Made by a program: the position numbers and the translations under genes
Notes under the pieces: generated by a model
Databases searched by the model: none
What the model saw: only the letters and a program-made list of their open reading frames with translations
Told to the model about the DNA's origin: nothing
Source: Candidatus Latescibacterota bacterium
GTDB taxonomy: Bacteria > Latescibacterota > UBA2968 > GCA-2709665
Direction of reading: 5' to 3'
Length of the DNA: 64,000 nt
NCBI GenBank assembly: GCA_965203805.1
Contig: OZ241917.1
Coordinates: 448,001 to 512,000 of the forward strand
Shown here: one piece after another, positions 19,953-28,804 of the stretch
Layout: every line of letters begins with the position of its first letter
How positions within the stretch are numbered: the stretch's first letter is position 1

Positions 19953-21503
19953 ATGAAATCCATATGGCTCACTCTCTTCGCGTTGTCCCTCCCGGGGTCG
20001 CTTTCGGCGAAGGCGGCGCTGACGTTGGACGGTGCATCGACCGACAGCACGATCACCATCAACTATGATGTCCCGGAAAGTTCTCACGTCCAGGTGAGGA
20101 TCGTATCGACCGGGGGCATACTCGCGGCGCCACAATACGGATACCAGGCGTCCGGGAACTATACGATCATACAGGACAAATCCGGATTTCCCAGGGGTGA
20201 TTACCATTTGCAGCTGATTTTGGATCGTGATCGGGACAAGGTGACCCGGCGTCGTTTCCTGCACAGCCCTTCGGGAAGGCCGATTGCGCGATCAAGAGAA
20301 GAACGAAACCTCTACAATCGATCGTTCATCAGCACCACGTTCGACCCGAAACAGGCTGTTGAACTGTGGAATGAACTGCTCACCCGGTATCCAGACTACG
20401 CAGCCAGGGGTGCGGCGTTTCTATATTCAATCCCGGCCAGAATGTCCGCGACAGACAGCATTGACGTCCACGCCGCCGCAGACAGCGCTGCAGCGTTGTT
20501 CGCATATCCCGCGACTTACGTGACCATCGGTCGTTTCCTTAGCGGCTTGGAAGTACCGGCCAGTGTAAAGACACGGTACCCGGAAACGGCGTTAATGTAT
20601 GCGGAGAGGGCCGTAAAGCACATCAGCGATGTACCGGAACCCTACCGCTACGAGGCGCTCTATCGTTGTCTGCACCTCAGAGGTCGTTGCCTGCAACTCC
20701 TGGGCAGATTCGATGAGGCCGAAAAGGCTTACAACGAGGCCATCGAGACGCTCGCTTCGGTAGAGGGTGCGGGTACTTACTCGGATTTCCTGCAGGACGT
20801 CTGGGCGTACCAGGGGCTCGCCTCGCTCTACGAACAGCAAGGCAGGCACGGTGACGCGATCGGATTTTACGAAAAGGCGGTCAAGAGCAACCCGAGGAAC
20901 CCTGAACTCTGGATGGCCTTGCAGCGAAATTTCAACCTCGTTCATGGGTCCGACACGGGCTATGAGGCATTCAGCCGGAGACTTGAGGCTTCGGTTCGCA
21001 GCGATGAGCATGAGAAGAAGCACGGCCTCCTGGGCAAGCCGCTACCGGAATTTGAACTGCCGCGATTGGACGGGGGTACGTTGTCGCTCAATCAGATTAA
21101 GGGCAACGTGAGCGTCCTGAACTTCTGGGCGTTCTGGTGCGGACCCTGCATGTATGAGTTGCCGGTGATTGCCCGCCTTGCAAGAGAATCGTCAGGTCGT
21201 GGGGTCAAAGTGGTCGCCATACACACGCCCCGTGAGTTCTCTCCGGGGATCACCAGGGAGGAATTCCCGGAAATTGTCCGAAACGGGGTGAGAGAGCACG
21301 AGGGCTCGTTCGAAACCGTCTGGGACAGCAAGAAACAGAACTTCGCGGTGCGGTGCGGGATCGAATCCCTGCCGGTAACGCTGGTCACGGATAGAGAGGG
21401 GATCGTTCGATACCGGATGACCGGCTTCGATCCGGACAACGCGTACCGGAAACTGAAGGCGGCTGTGGATCGCCTGACTGGTCCTTCGACGCCGCCGCGA
21501 TAG
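19953..21503 (+). CDS. Exported TPR protein with C-terminal TlpA/redoxin domain
   Basis: Signal peptide, TPR-like helices, LNFWAFWCGPC, SLPVT; AGGAGG RBS. Confidence 0.85.
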   Translation: MKSIWLTLFALSLPGSLSAKAALTLDGASTDSTITINYDVPESSHVQVRIVSTGGILAAPQYGYQASGNYTIIQDKSGFPRGDYHLQLILDRDRDKVTRRRFLHSPSGRPIARSREERNLYNRSFISTTFDPKQAVELWNELLTRYPDYAARGAAFLYSIPARMSATDSIDVHAAADSAAALFAYPATYVTIGRFLSGLEVPASVKTRYPETALMYAERAVKHISDVPEPYRYEALYRCLHLRGRCLQLLGRFDEAEKAYNEAIETLASVEGAGTYSDFLQDVWAYQGLASLYEQQGRHGDAIGFYEKAVKSNPRNPELWMALQRNFNLVHGSDTGYEAFSRRLEASVRSDEHEKKHGLLGKPLPEFELPRLDGGTLSLNQIKGNVSVLNFWAFWCGPCMYELPVIARLARESSGRGVKVVAIHTPREFSPGITREEFPEIVRNGVREHEGSFETVWDSKKQNFAVRCGIESLPVTLVTDREGIVRYRMTGFDPDNAYRKLKAAVDRLTGPSTPPR

Positions 21504-21553
21504 GCCACTAAGACGGTTGGAATCGAAGTCACGCGTCAGAGCGTTTGAGAATG

Positions 21554-21815
21554 TGGGGCAGACCGGAATGTCTGCCCCACCCTAAAGGCGGTTCTGTCAT
21601 CGTCTCCACCCTGCCGTGAGTCCCCTTGGCCGTTGTTGGGGCGGCTTCCTCAGGATGACAGTACGGGCAAACGTGTAACAGCCACATTTTCCAATGGTTA
21701 TTGCAAAACATGTCATTCTGAGCGGAGCGAAGAATCTCCCGTATTCTCGATTGTCCGACACAAAACAACGCGGCAGACACATTTGCGCGGACACATCACC
21801 GGTTTGGCGGCCTCC
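21554..21815. repeat. Composite REP cluster, direct repeat of the 19.3-19.9 kb cluster
   Basis: GTGGGGCAGACCGGAATGTCTGCCCCAC hairpin; CAGGATGACAGTAC...GTTATTGCAAAACATGTCATTCTGAGCG...CATCACCGGTTTGGCGGCCTC. Confidence 0.85.
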
Positions 21816-21993
21816 CACGGTACCGGGAACCTTTGCCTCGTCAGCGCGTCTAATATAGGATGTAAGAATCAATTACTGCGCCCGCCGTTCGTCGAAGCAG
21901 ATAAATAACCGGCGCGTTGCAGCAGCCCGTTCCAACCGTCGCATTTTGCGACACTCAGCGCGAATCCGAGGGCCATCACAGAAAGGAGCGCCA

Positions 21994-23448
21994 ATGAGGA
22001 CGATTCCCAGGATGATCTGCCTCTGGCTTTTCTTTACCGCATTTACAGCGGCCGGAATCGGGGCGGAGACCGCCTCCCCGCTGCTGCAGGCCATGCGGGA
22101 GGAAATGTCCCGCTCCATTGACCTGCTCAAACGGCAGCCGGTCCCGCCCTATTTTCTGAGTTATGAAATCACGGAAACCCACCTGATCCGTGTCGGAGCT
22201 TCATTTGGCGCGCTGTCCTACAACAACGAGCGACGCAACCGCATGCTCGACATCGATCTTCGGGTGGGGGACTACGCGCTGGACAATACGCACCCGGTTC
22301 GCGGCAGCCTGACCAACTGGTCCGATCGATTTTCACGGATCAACATCCCGATCGAGGACGATGTCGACGCGGTGCGCTCGGTGCTATGGTACCACACCGA
22401 CAGGAAATACAAGCGTGCCCTCGAACAGTTTACCACGGTCAAGACCAACGTCCAGGTCAAGGTGGAAGAGGAAGATCAGTCCGACGATTTCTCAAGAGAG
22501 CCGGTCGAGCAATACGTAGAGGAACCCGCATTCCTCGCTGTCCCTCGCGACGAATGGGTAGGCAGGGTGAAGAAGTACACCGCCCCGTTCGCGAGAGACG
22601 GAAACATATACGATGCCAGCGCAAGTCTGCTTGCAACCGTTTCAACACGCCAATACGTCAACAGCGAGGGAAGCGAGATCCAGACTTCTCAGGTACGCTA
22701 CCGGTTGTTCATCTACGCGTTCACGAAGGCAGACGACGGTATGGAACTGCCTCGGTACGAGTCCTTTTCGGCATTTTCACCAGAGGGATTGCCGGGCGAC
22801 GATGAAGTCCTCGCCCTCGTGGACAGAATGATCGCCGACCTCCAGGCTCTGCGCGATGCCCCTGTTGTGGCGCCGTATGAAGGACCCGCGATTCTGTCGG
22901 GCCGTGCCAGCGGCGTCCTGTTTCACGAGATCTTCGGACACCGAATCGAGGGACACCGCCAGAAGCGCGAGGAAGAGGGCCAGACGTTCAAGAAGAAAGT
23001 CGGAGAGAGGGTTCTGCCCGAGTCGTTTTCGGTCATTTTCGACCCCACCAGAAAGAGCATCGCGGGAAAGGACCTCGTCGGCGCTTACGCGTACGACAAT
23101 CAGGGCGTCAAGGCGCGGTCCGTAGCCGTTGTGGAAAACGGAATCTTCCGTCGCTTCCTGATGTCGCGTTCACCCATCGAGAATTTTCCCAATTCCAACG
23201 GCCACGGGCGCAAGCAGGCGGGCTACGCGCCCGTGGCGCGGCAGTCCAACCTCGTCGTGGAGACCTCGGAACCGTTGAGCCGGGACAGGCTGAAGGAAAT
23301 GCTCATCGAGCAGTGCCGGAACGAGGGCAAGGAGTTCGGGCTCTATTTCGAGGATATTCAGGGAGGATTCACCATCACAGGCCGTACGATTCCCAACGCC
23401 TTCAATGCTGTCCCCCACTCTCCCGGCCTCCCCGCCCGCTCCCGGTGA
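21994..23448 (+). pseudogene. tldD: Exported TldD-family metallopeptidase, truncated at ~23407 by the island
   Basis: LFHEIFGHRIEGH, YDNQGV, SNGHGR, ARQSNL; reading turns to unrelated Pro-rich sequence after PNAFN. Confidence 0.82.
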
Positions 23449-23471
23449 GTCCGGTCGAGTGCAGAAACAAG

Positions 23472-23588
23472 GTCCCATGCGCCTTATCATTCTCCTGATA
23501 TTTGGCACCTTTCAGATACCCTCTTGCTCGTACCAAAATTGAACTTTATTAAATATTCTTAAGTCTGGAATGATAAGGCGCATGGAAC
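23472..23588. mobile_element. ~117-bp MITE-like element
   Basis: Perfect 18-bp inverted repeats CCATGCGCCTTATCATTC (23475-23492) / GAATGATAAGGCGCATGG (23568-23585) around an AT-rich core. Confidence 0.6.
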
Positions 23589-23700
23589 TAATGAAAATGT
23601 TTTGGCAGACAAAGACTTACGTCCAAATAAAAAATCGTCTTTTTGAGAATGGGGGTCGAAATTAGGGTGAAAAACGCTTGGGTGAATTGGCCCAGGGCGC

Positions 23701-24200
23701 GAGTTATATTCAAAAGTTGTGGATGAATAAAAAAAAGAGCGTATCCTTACGTGTCACCAAAAACCCGCGAGGCCCCTCGGACGAGGGAGAAAGGATACGC
23801 TCGATGAGACAATATACAGCCTCCGAAGTTGAGAGGATAGTCAAAGATGAAGTGACGTTAAGCCTGGAAGGTCTGATCCGAGTTGGGGCCAGGCGGATGC
23901 TTCAAGCCGCGTTAGAGTTCGAAGTGGACGCGTACGTCGAGAACTTGCAGGACGAGAGAGACGAACAAGGTCACCGGCAAGTGGTCAGGAATGGTGCCCA
24001 CAAGCCGCGGGACCTGATCACGCGCGTAGGCCCCGTACCGATCCGTCAGCCGCGCGTAAACGACCGTCGTGAGGGGAAAGCGTTTCGTTCTGCGATTCTG
24101 CCGCGGTATATGCGTCGTGCGCCTTCGATCGATGCATTGAAGCCGCCGCTTAATCCATCTGGATGCGCTCGCCCCCATCCACAACATTTGACAATATCTC
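23701..24200 (+). mobile_element. Internally deleted IS256-family element (500 bp)
   Basis: Ends GAGTTATATTCAAAAGTTGTGGAT / ATCCACAACATTTGACAATATCTC; flanking direct repeat CCCAGGGCG; transposase N-terminus from 23803 (LQAALEFEV, RNG, PRVNDR, F.SAILPRY) lacks the DDE domain. Confidence 0.88.
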
Positions 24201-24343
24201 CCCAGGGCGTGGGCCTGGGCTTCGTGGAAATGAGAAAACGGTTGTCTTCTTTCGTAACAATGTCATATTTACCAAAAGGTGATCCGCGAATGTAGACGAC
24301 ATCCGCGGATCAAATCCACCACCGGAAGGGGGTGAAAAGGCCA

Positions 24344-24430
24344 ATGGCCAAAATACCAACGGTGCAAATGTCGGAACGACCAATACCGACGACAAGTGTT
24401 AGGGAACTACAGGGGAAAGTGATTAGGTAG
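24344..24430 (+). CDS. Candidate 28-aa small protein (MAKIPTVQMSERPIPTTSVRELQGKVIR)
   Basis: Strong SD AAGGGGGTGA upstream, hairpin at ~24280-24311 before it, terminator after it. Confidence 0.35.
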   Translation: MAKIPTVQMSERPIPTTSVRELQGKVIR

Positions 24431-24446
24431 GAGTAGTGGATTGCAA

Positions 24447-24480
24447 AAAGGCCACCCGGTATTACATCCGGGTGGCCTTT
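24447..24480. terminator. Bidirectional intrinsic terminator
   Basis: AAAGGCCACCCGG-loop-CCGGGTGGCCTTT with A and T tracts. Confidence 0.7.
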
Positions 24481-24502
24481 CATGTTTCACGGCTTATCAC
24501 TC

Positions 24503-24530
24503 TTGACATCGAAAATGGTGGTTTTATCAT
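24503..24530 (+). promoter_or_regulatory. sigma70-like promoter
   Basis: TTGACA-N16-TATCAT; predicted start ~24537. Confidence 0.6.
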
Positions 24531-24536
24531 GTGCCC

Positions 24537-24658
24537 GTCATACACTGTAGGATTGTTGTGCCGGGCCTCCCGCCGAATAAGGCCACTGAACATCGGGATT
24601 AGCTACCCCGATGGGCCGAATACGCGGGACAATTCCGGCAATCCCTGCGGTGTGTGAC
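24537..24658 (+). ncRNA. Candidate structured RNA or leader (rod-like hairpin)
   Basis: 19-bp outer stem with 3 G-U pairs and one bulge; nested CCGG, UCCCGC/GCGGGA, GGCC and AUCGGG/CCCGAU stems; begins at the predicted transcription start. Confidence 0.6.
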
Positions 24659-24715
24659 AAGGCCCAGCGCCTTTTATCGGGCGCCTGAACCGTCACACGT
24701 TTCAGGGAGGGAAAG

Positions 24716-25279
24716 ATGGATCGACGGAATTGTGTTGTCTTGGTAGCAGTGTTATCCACGCTGTTGATGGGATCAGTTGGGGCGGAAGAAAGTGATCCGT
24801 GGCGGATCGAAAGAAAGGTAGACGCGATTACTGATTCTGTAACTGTGACTCTTCAAAACTTCGGTCGAGAGTGGGATGGCATTTACGAAAAGGTCAATAT
24901 CGGTGCCATGACCATCACATGCAAACAAGGGAATAATGGCAACCTGGTAACTCTCTCCATCATGTCCCCCAAGCTATTGAACGTTCCGAGGGTGGATTTT
25001 CCATCTCCCCCGAAAAGCAATATATATTTCCGTTTCGGCAAGGAAAAAGCAGTCCTTTATGAAGGTTGGGAAACCGTCGCGCCAGCTGTGGAGAGGGTAA
25101 GCATGGAGTGCCCACAGCGAGATATAGCCCAAATACTCGACCGTATCTATGCCGGATATTACAGAACCCTTATCGTTCGGTCTGACTCTCCATTCACGGG
25201 CCTGACTTGGACAATGAGATTCAACATTGAATACGGCGCTAAAATGGTTGGAGAAATGTTCGAGCAATGCAAGCAATAA
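24716..25279 (+). CDS. Exported hypothetical protein
   Basis: Signal peptide, W..ERKVDAITD start, GGAGG RBS. Confidence 0.7.
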   Translation: MDRRNCVVLVAVLSTLLMGSVGAEESDPWRIERKVDAITDSVTVTLQNFGREWDGIYEKVNIGAMTITCKQGNNGNLVTLSIMSPKLLNVPRVDFPSPPKSNIYFRFGKEKAVLYEGWETVAPAVERVSMECPQRDIAQILDRIYAGYYRTLIVRSDSPFTGLTWTMRFNIEYGAKMVGEMFEQCKQ

Positions 25280-25351
25280 ACGGAATCGGCCTACACAACA
25301 AAGAGGACCGCCTTTATCGAGGCGGTCCAGTCATTCCAGGGAGGGACAGAG

Positions 25352-25597
25352 ATGAAAATCCAAGCGATTGAGGATTTGACTTACGTGTGTGAGTATGTGC
25401 ACGTCAATGAGAGTAGACATGCCGCCATCGAAACACTGAGAATTGAAGCCACGAAAAAACGGGCGAAAGAGCGTGGCGTGCGCGTGCAAACCGTCCACCG
25501 CAATCTAAAACTGGCATTGGGTTACGATAAGAGGAAAAACATAGATAGTATCGACCAACTCTTGTTGGATATGTTGAAAAAACGTAGGGGCGGTTAA
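25352..25597 (+). CDS. Small basic hypothetical protein, possible HTH
   Basis: GGAGG RBS; AKERGVRVQTVHRNL resembles an HTH. Confidence 0.55.
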   Translation: MKIQAIEDLTYVCEYVHVNESRHAAIETLRIEATKKRAKERGVRVQTVHRNLKLALGYDKRKNIDSIDQLLLDMLKKRRGG

Positions 25598-25599
25598 GC

Positions 25600-25767
25600 G
25601 GACGACATACCGTAAAGGGCAACCAAATGCCGGGTGCCTCCTAATTTGTTACCCGGCGTTGTCCTGCCGCCCCTATCGCACGGCCTGGGGACACGCGGAG
25701 CGAGTCGGAAGCAATAACGGAGGGTTATTGCTGGCCTCCTGTTCGGCTCGTCGCGTGTTCCCCGGGC
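25600..25767 (+). ncRNA. Second candidate structured RNA
   Basis: Stems 25682-25698/25751-25767 (17 bp, 3 G-U), 25701-25709/25742-25750 (2 G-U), 25710-25718/25724-25732 (perfect, loop GGAGG), plus 5' domain 25600-25664. Confidence 0.6.
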
Positions 25768-25840
25768 CATCCCATCAAGCATAAACGAAATTTATGGTAA
25801 AGACAGAGACAATCAAAACCTTTTATTCGGGGAGAGCGAC

Positions 25841-26023
25841 ATGACGAATCAGGACCTCGTATACGAGTACCTGCAGCGAAAGAAATATGGCGCTTCAGTG
25901 TCGGAAATGGCTAATCACTTAGACCGTTCTGGAGACCAAGTCCGAAACGCTATTGACGGGCTGCGCCGAAAGGGAATAAAGGTCGGTAACGATCCAGACA
26001 AAGGCACCTTCTGGCTTCGCTGA
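25841..26023 (+). CDS. Small winged-HTH protein (60 aa)
   Basis: SVSEMANHLDRSGDQVRNAIDGLRRKG plus beta wing; GGGGAG RBS. Confidence 0.7.
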   Translation: MTNQDLVYEYLQRKKYGASVSEMANHLDRSGDQVRNAIDGLRRKGIKVGNDPDKGTFWLR

Positions 26024-26032
26024 TTCAGCCAA

Positions 26033-26377
26033 TCAATTCCTCCCAGGCGAGATTTTTCCGATCATGTCCGTTACGACGTGACTCATTTGGTCGAGGATCA
26101 TTGAGCCGCGAATATTGTATCGGCCAGAGAACTCATTGGCGTAGCGCCACAAGTGTTTGTGGCTCATGTAGTGATACACGCCGTAGTATCCGCGTTTGAG
26201 CAAGGCCCAGAATGATTCCATCCCGTTGGTATGCGCCTCCCCATCGACATACTGTTTCGCTGAATGATTCACGGATACATGGTTCTGGAGGCCGGTATAT
26301 CCGCCGTGGTCATCGGTGTAGACCCGCGCAAGGTGGTCAGTGTGCTTCTTCACAAACCTGTGTAGCGTAGCCCTCAA
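26033..26377 (-). mobile_element. IS1595-family transposase C-terminal remnant
   Basis: VYTDD...Y..L..H..VNHS, HTNGMESFWALLKRG, KHLWRYANEF. Confidence 0.88.
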
Positions 26378-26561
26378 GAAAAACGCCGGTTATCCCTACT
26401 GCCAATACGCCTGCGGTGATTGCTCCGAGCCGGTCCCGTATTGTTCGTTTATCGGGGTCCCTAAACGCCTTGATCGCTATGATCCACCATGCCACAGCAA
26501 ACACACCCATGAGCACTGCGGACACAAGTTTCAGTATCAGCTTAACGGGATCGCTCATCAC
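26337..26561 (-). CDS. Small two-TM membrane protein, C-terminus runs into the IS1595 remnant
   Basis: Two hydrophobic segments; GTGA overlap with upstream stop. Confidence 0.45.
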   Translation of the reverse strand: MMSDPVKLILKLVSAVLMGVFAVAWWIIAIKAFRDPDKRTIRDRLGAITAGVLAVGITGVFLEGYATQVCEEAH

Positions 26562-27202
26562 TTATTGGCATATGGGATGCCTACTCCCACCCTTGCAGTC
26601 AGTGTTCGGTGTTTCGTTTCTTCGCCCGCGAAAGAGATGGGGTTGAGGTCCATGCTGTATGTCGCGTCCCAAAACATCCAGACATTGCCAGACTTCTTCT
26701 GCAAGCCCACGCCCGCGACAATCGCAACCCTGGTTGTGTTGCCGAGGTCGAAGTCTAACTGTGGGTTTTCGCAGTCAAGGGCTACCTACGCTCCCGACAC
26801 ACGCGCATTTATCTTGCAACCGATCTGGAAGCCGACAGACCCACCGCCAAGCAGATAGGCGTCTGTCGTTTTGTTCAATGGAACACCTGACTTTCCAAGA
26901 AATGAAAACTCCAGATAGCGCACAGCCCATCCGCCAGACACATTCCCGAGCCCACCGGTGTCACTGATGTCTGCATTGATTCCCTTGTTGGTTACCGCAA
27001 GGCCAAAGGCAGACCGCAAACCCGAAGGCTCGATTGACAAGCCAAAGAGTGGCGCAATTCTGGCTTTGGCATCCGATCCCGGTTCATCCTCTACGCCTGT
27101 CATGGTTGAGCGTGTTATGCCAGAATATGCCCCAATGACTGTTTCTGCGTGGGCGTGAGATACAGTCAAAAGCAACACGAACAAAACGGCAAACTTAGGC
27201 AT
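26558..27202 (-). pseudogene. PorT-like outer-membrane beta-barrel gene with one in-frame TAG at 26786-26788
   Basis: Signal peptide, YLEF, GGSVGF; frame continues past TAG as VALDCENPQ...IVAGVG...RTLTARVGVGIPYANK*. Confidence 0.75.
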
Positions 27203-27303
27203 AGCACGTTCTCCTCATAATGGATTTATCATCAAATTATCCCAATATACCCTCATCTCGCATCTCCTCAATCAACATCCCCCTTTAGATCCCTCTACCC
27301 ATT

Positions 27304-27328
27304 CCAGTCAAGTTAAGTACATAAGCCC
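27304..27328. mobile_element. Possible IS1595-type terminal repeat (partner not found)
   Basis: Reverse complement GGGCTTATGTACTTAACTTGACTG, flanked by AT-rich sequence. Confidence 0.3.
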
Positions 27329-27333
27329 CATAT

Positions 27334-27362
27334 AAAACCCTTGGAAATCGCCCAGGGGTTTT
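27334..27362 (-). terminator. Terminator-like hairpin of the CCCTGGG family
   Basis: AAAACCC...GGGTTTT; related hairpins at 28639-28675 and 31166-31193, each just after a minus-strand ORF. Confidence 0.55.
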
Positions 27363-27679
27363 GTGTGGTTTGCGAATAAAGATTATAGAGCACAAAGCGA
27401 ATTAATACGTGAAATAGTAAACGTACCATGTCGTCCACTCAGGACCTTCTCCGCCAGGATGAGCCATACAACCCCTGTTCCTTGCCTCCTGATTTTCCCT
27501 CCGCTGGGCCTCGCTCTTAGAATAACATATATCCAAGATTTCTCAATTCCGCAAACTAGGGTGTCTTCTTTCCCAATATCTTCTTCGTCCGACCTGATCA
27601 GTCGTGATTCCAACGCGACAAGGCATATCTTCCCTCCTTCGGTGAGTATGATCTGAGAAAACGAGTCAGTATAAATTAG

Positions 27680-28477
27680 CTACGATTGTGATAACCATAC
27701 TTCCATAATCGCATAACCAATGCCTTTATCACGTCGAAATGCAGGAGTCTCAAGTAATCCTTTTATGGTTGGATGGTGTATCTCATTACGAACGTAGATA
27801 GGTAATAATTCTCGTCGTCCTATTCGTTCTCGCCAAAAATTATCACCGATTTTATGTTTAGGTAAAAAATCATGAATATTTCGTAATTTCGGTTGCATTA
27901 TTTTAGTTGCTTTTTTCTGATTAGGGCCGCCCCAAAATTCAATCAATTTTTCATAAAGTATTGAATATTGCTCATTTGTAACTGTTTTCAATGGAGTGGC
28001 GTCTTCTAATTCTTTGGCGCTACCAACCAGACCCACACGGATAGGAAAGCCTTTCTGAATAACTAATTGTTTTTCTATCTCTAGTAAAGTTCTGTAGTTA
28101 CCTGAAAATACACGAATCATATTACCTGTAGCGACATACTGCTGTCGATATAAATAACCCTCTATGTGCGCCAAGTATACCGCAATAAAATGATCACGTT
28201 GAGATTTGGTAACTGTGGACGGAAGTAGATCAACGACAGTCTTCAAATGTAAGTCAAGAAATTTAGAGAATATTATAACGTAGGGTAGAATTTCCTGGCC
28301 ATTCGGTACCAATAGTTCAATAGTTTTCTGTACAATACCATCAAGTTTATTATAACGAACACTAAGGATTCCATTCTCATCCATATTTATCGCACTTTCG
28401 TCATTATCATCATCGCCACTGGGATCGCGGCAATACAACACGCCACCACCAATGTACAGAAGTCGATCTGAATCCAC
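27680..28477 (-). CDS. AT-rich hypothetical protein with C-terminal HEPN-like motif
   Basis: LPIYVRNEIHHP (R-x4-H); start uncertain. Confidence 0.55.
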   Translation of the reverse strand: MDSDRLLYIGGGVLYCRDPSGDDDNDESAINMDENGILSVRYNKLDGIVQKTIELLVPNGQEILPYVIIFSKFLDLHLKTVVDLLPSTVTKSQRDHFIAVYLAHIEGYLYRQQYVATGNMIRVFSGNYRTLLEIEKQLVIQKGFPIRVGLVGSAKELEDATPLKTVTNEQYSILYEKLIEFWGGPNQKKATKIMQPKLRNIHDFLPKHKIGDNFWRERIGRRELLPIYVRNEIHHPTIKGLLETPAFRRDKGIGYAIMEVWLSQS

Positions 28478-28696
28478 ACAATGATAGTCGCTTTGCGATT
28501 TAACTTATGCAAAAGTACTTCCAGATTGTAGTTCGACATATAGCATTCTCGATCCAAGATTTCGGCATCACGGTTTAGTGTCCCTGTTGCCTCCGAAATC
28601 TAAGATCAGAGAATACTATTCTCCTGTCAAGACAAAATAAAAACCCCTGGGCTGTTCTCAATAGCCCAGGGGCTTGCTATGCGGTCGCGTGAGGTT

Positions 28697-28804
28697 CTAT
28701 CTACCCGATTCCTGATACTTATCGCTCTCAGGATTCAACTGCTCTGAGCGGTTATCCTGCGCCGCCTGATAAGCATCATTATTCGGGTTAGCCTGATTTG
28801 TTAG
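28697..28804 (-). pseudogene. Remnant of a small DNR-x-xQLNP repeat protein truncated by IS21
   Basis: NQANPNNDAYQAAQDNRSEQLNPESDKY*, followed by a terminator. Confidence 0.5.

Noticed and set aside
25600-25670. omegaRNA/HEARO or c-di-GMP riboswitch identity for the second RNA
   Set aside because: Only a few nucleotides resemble them, and no IscB, IsrB, TnpB or HNH gene is adjacent
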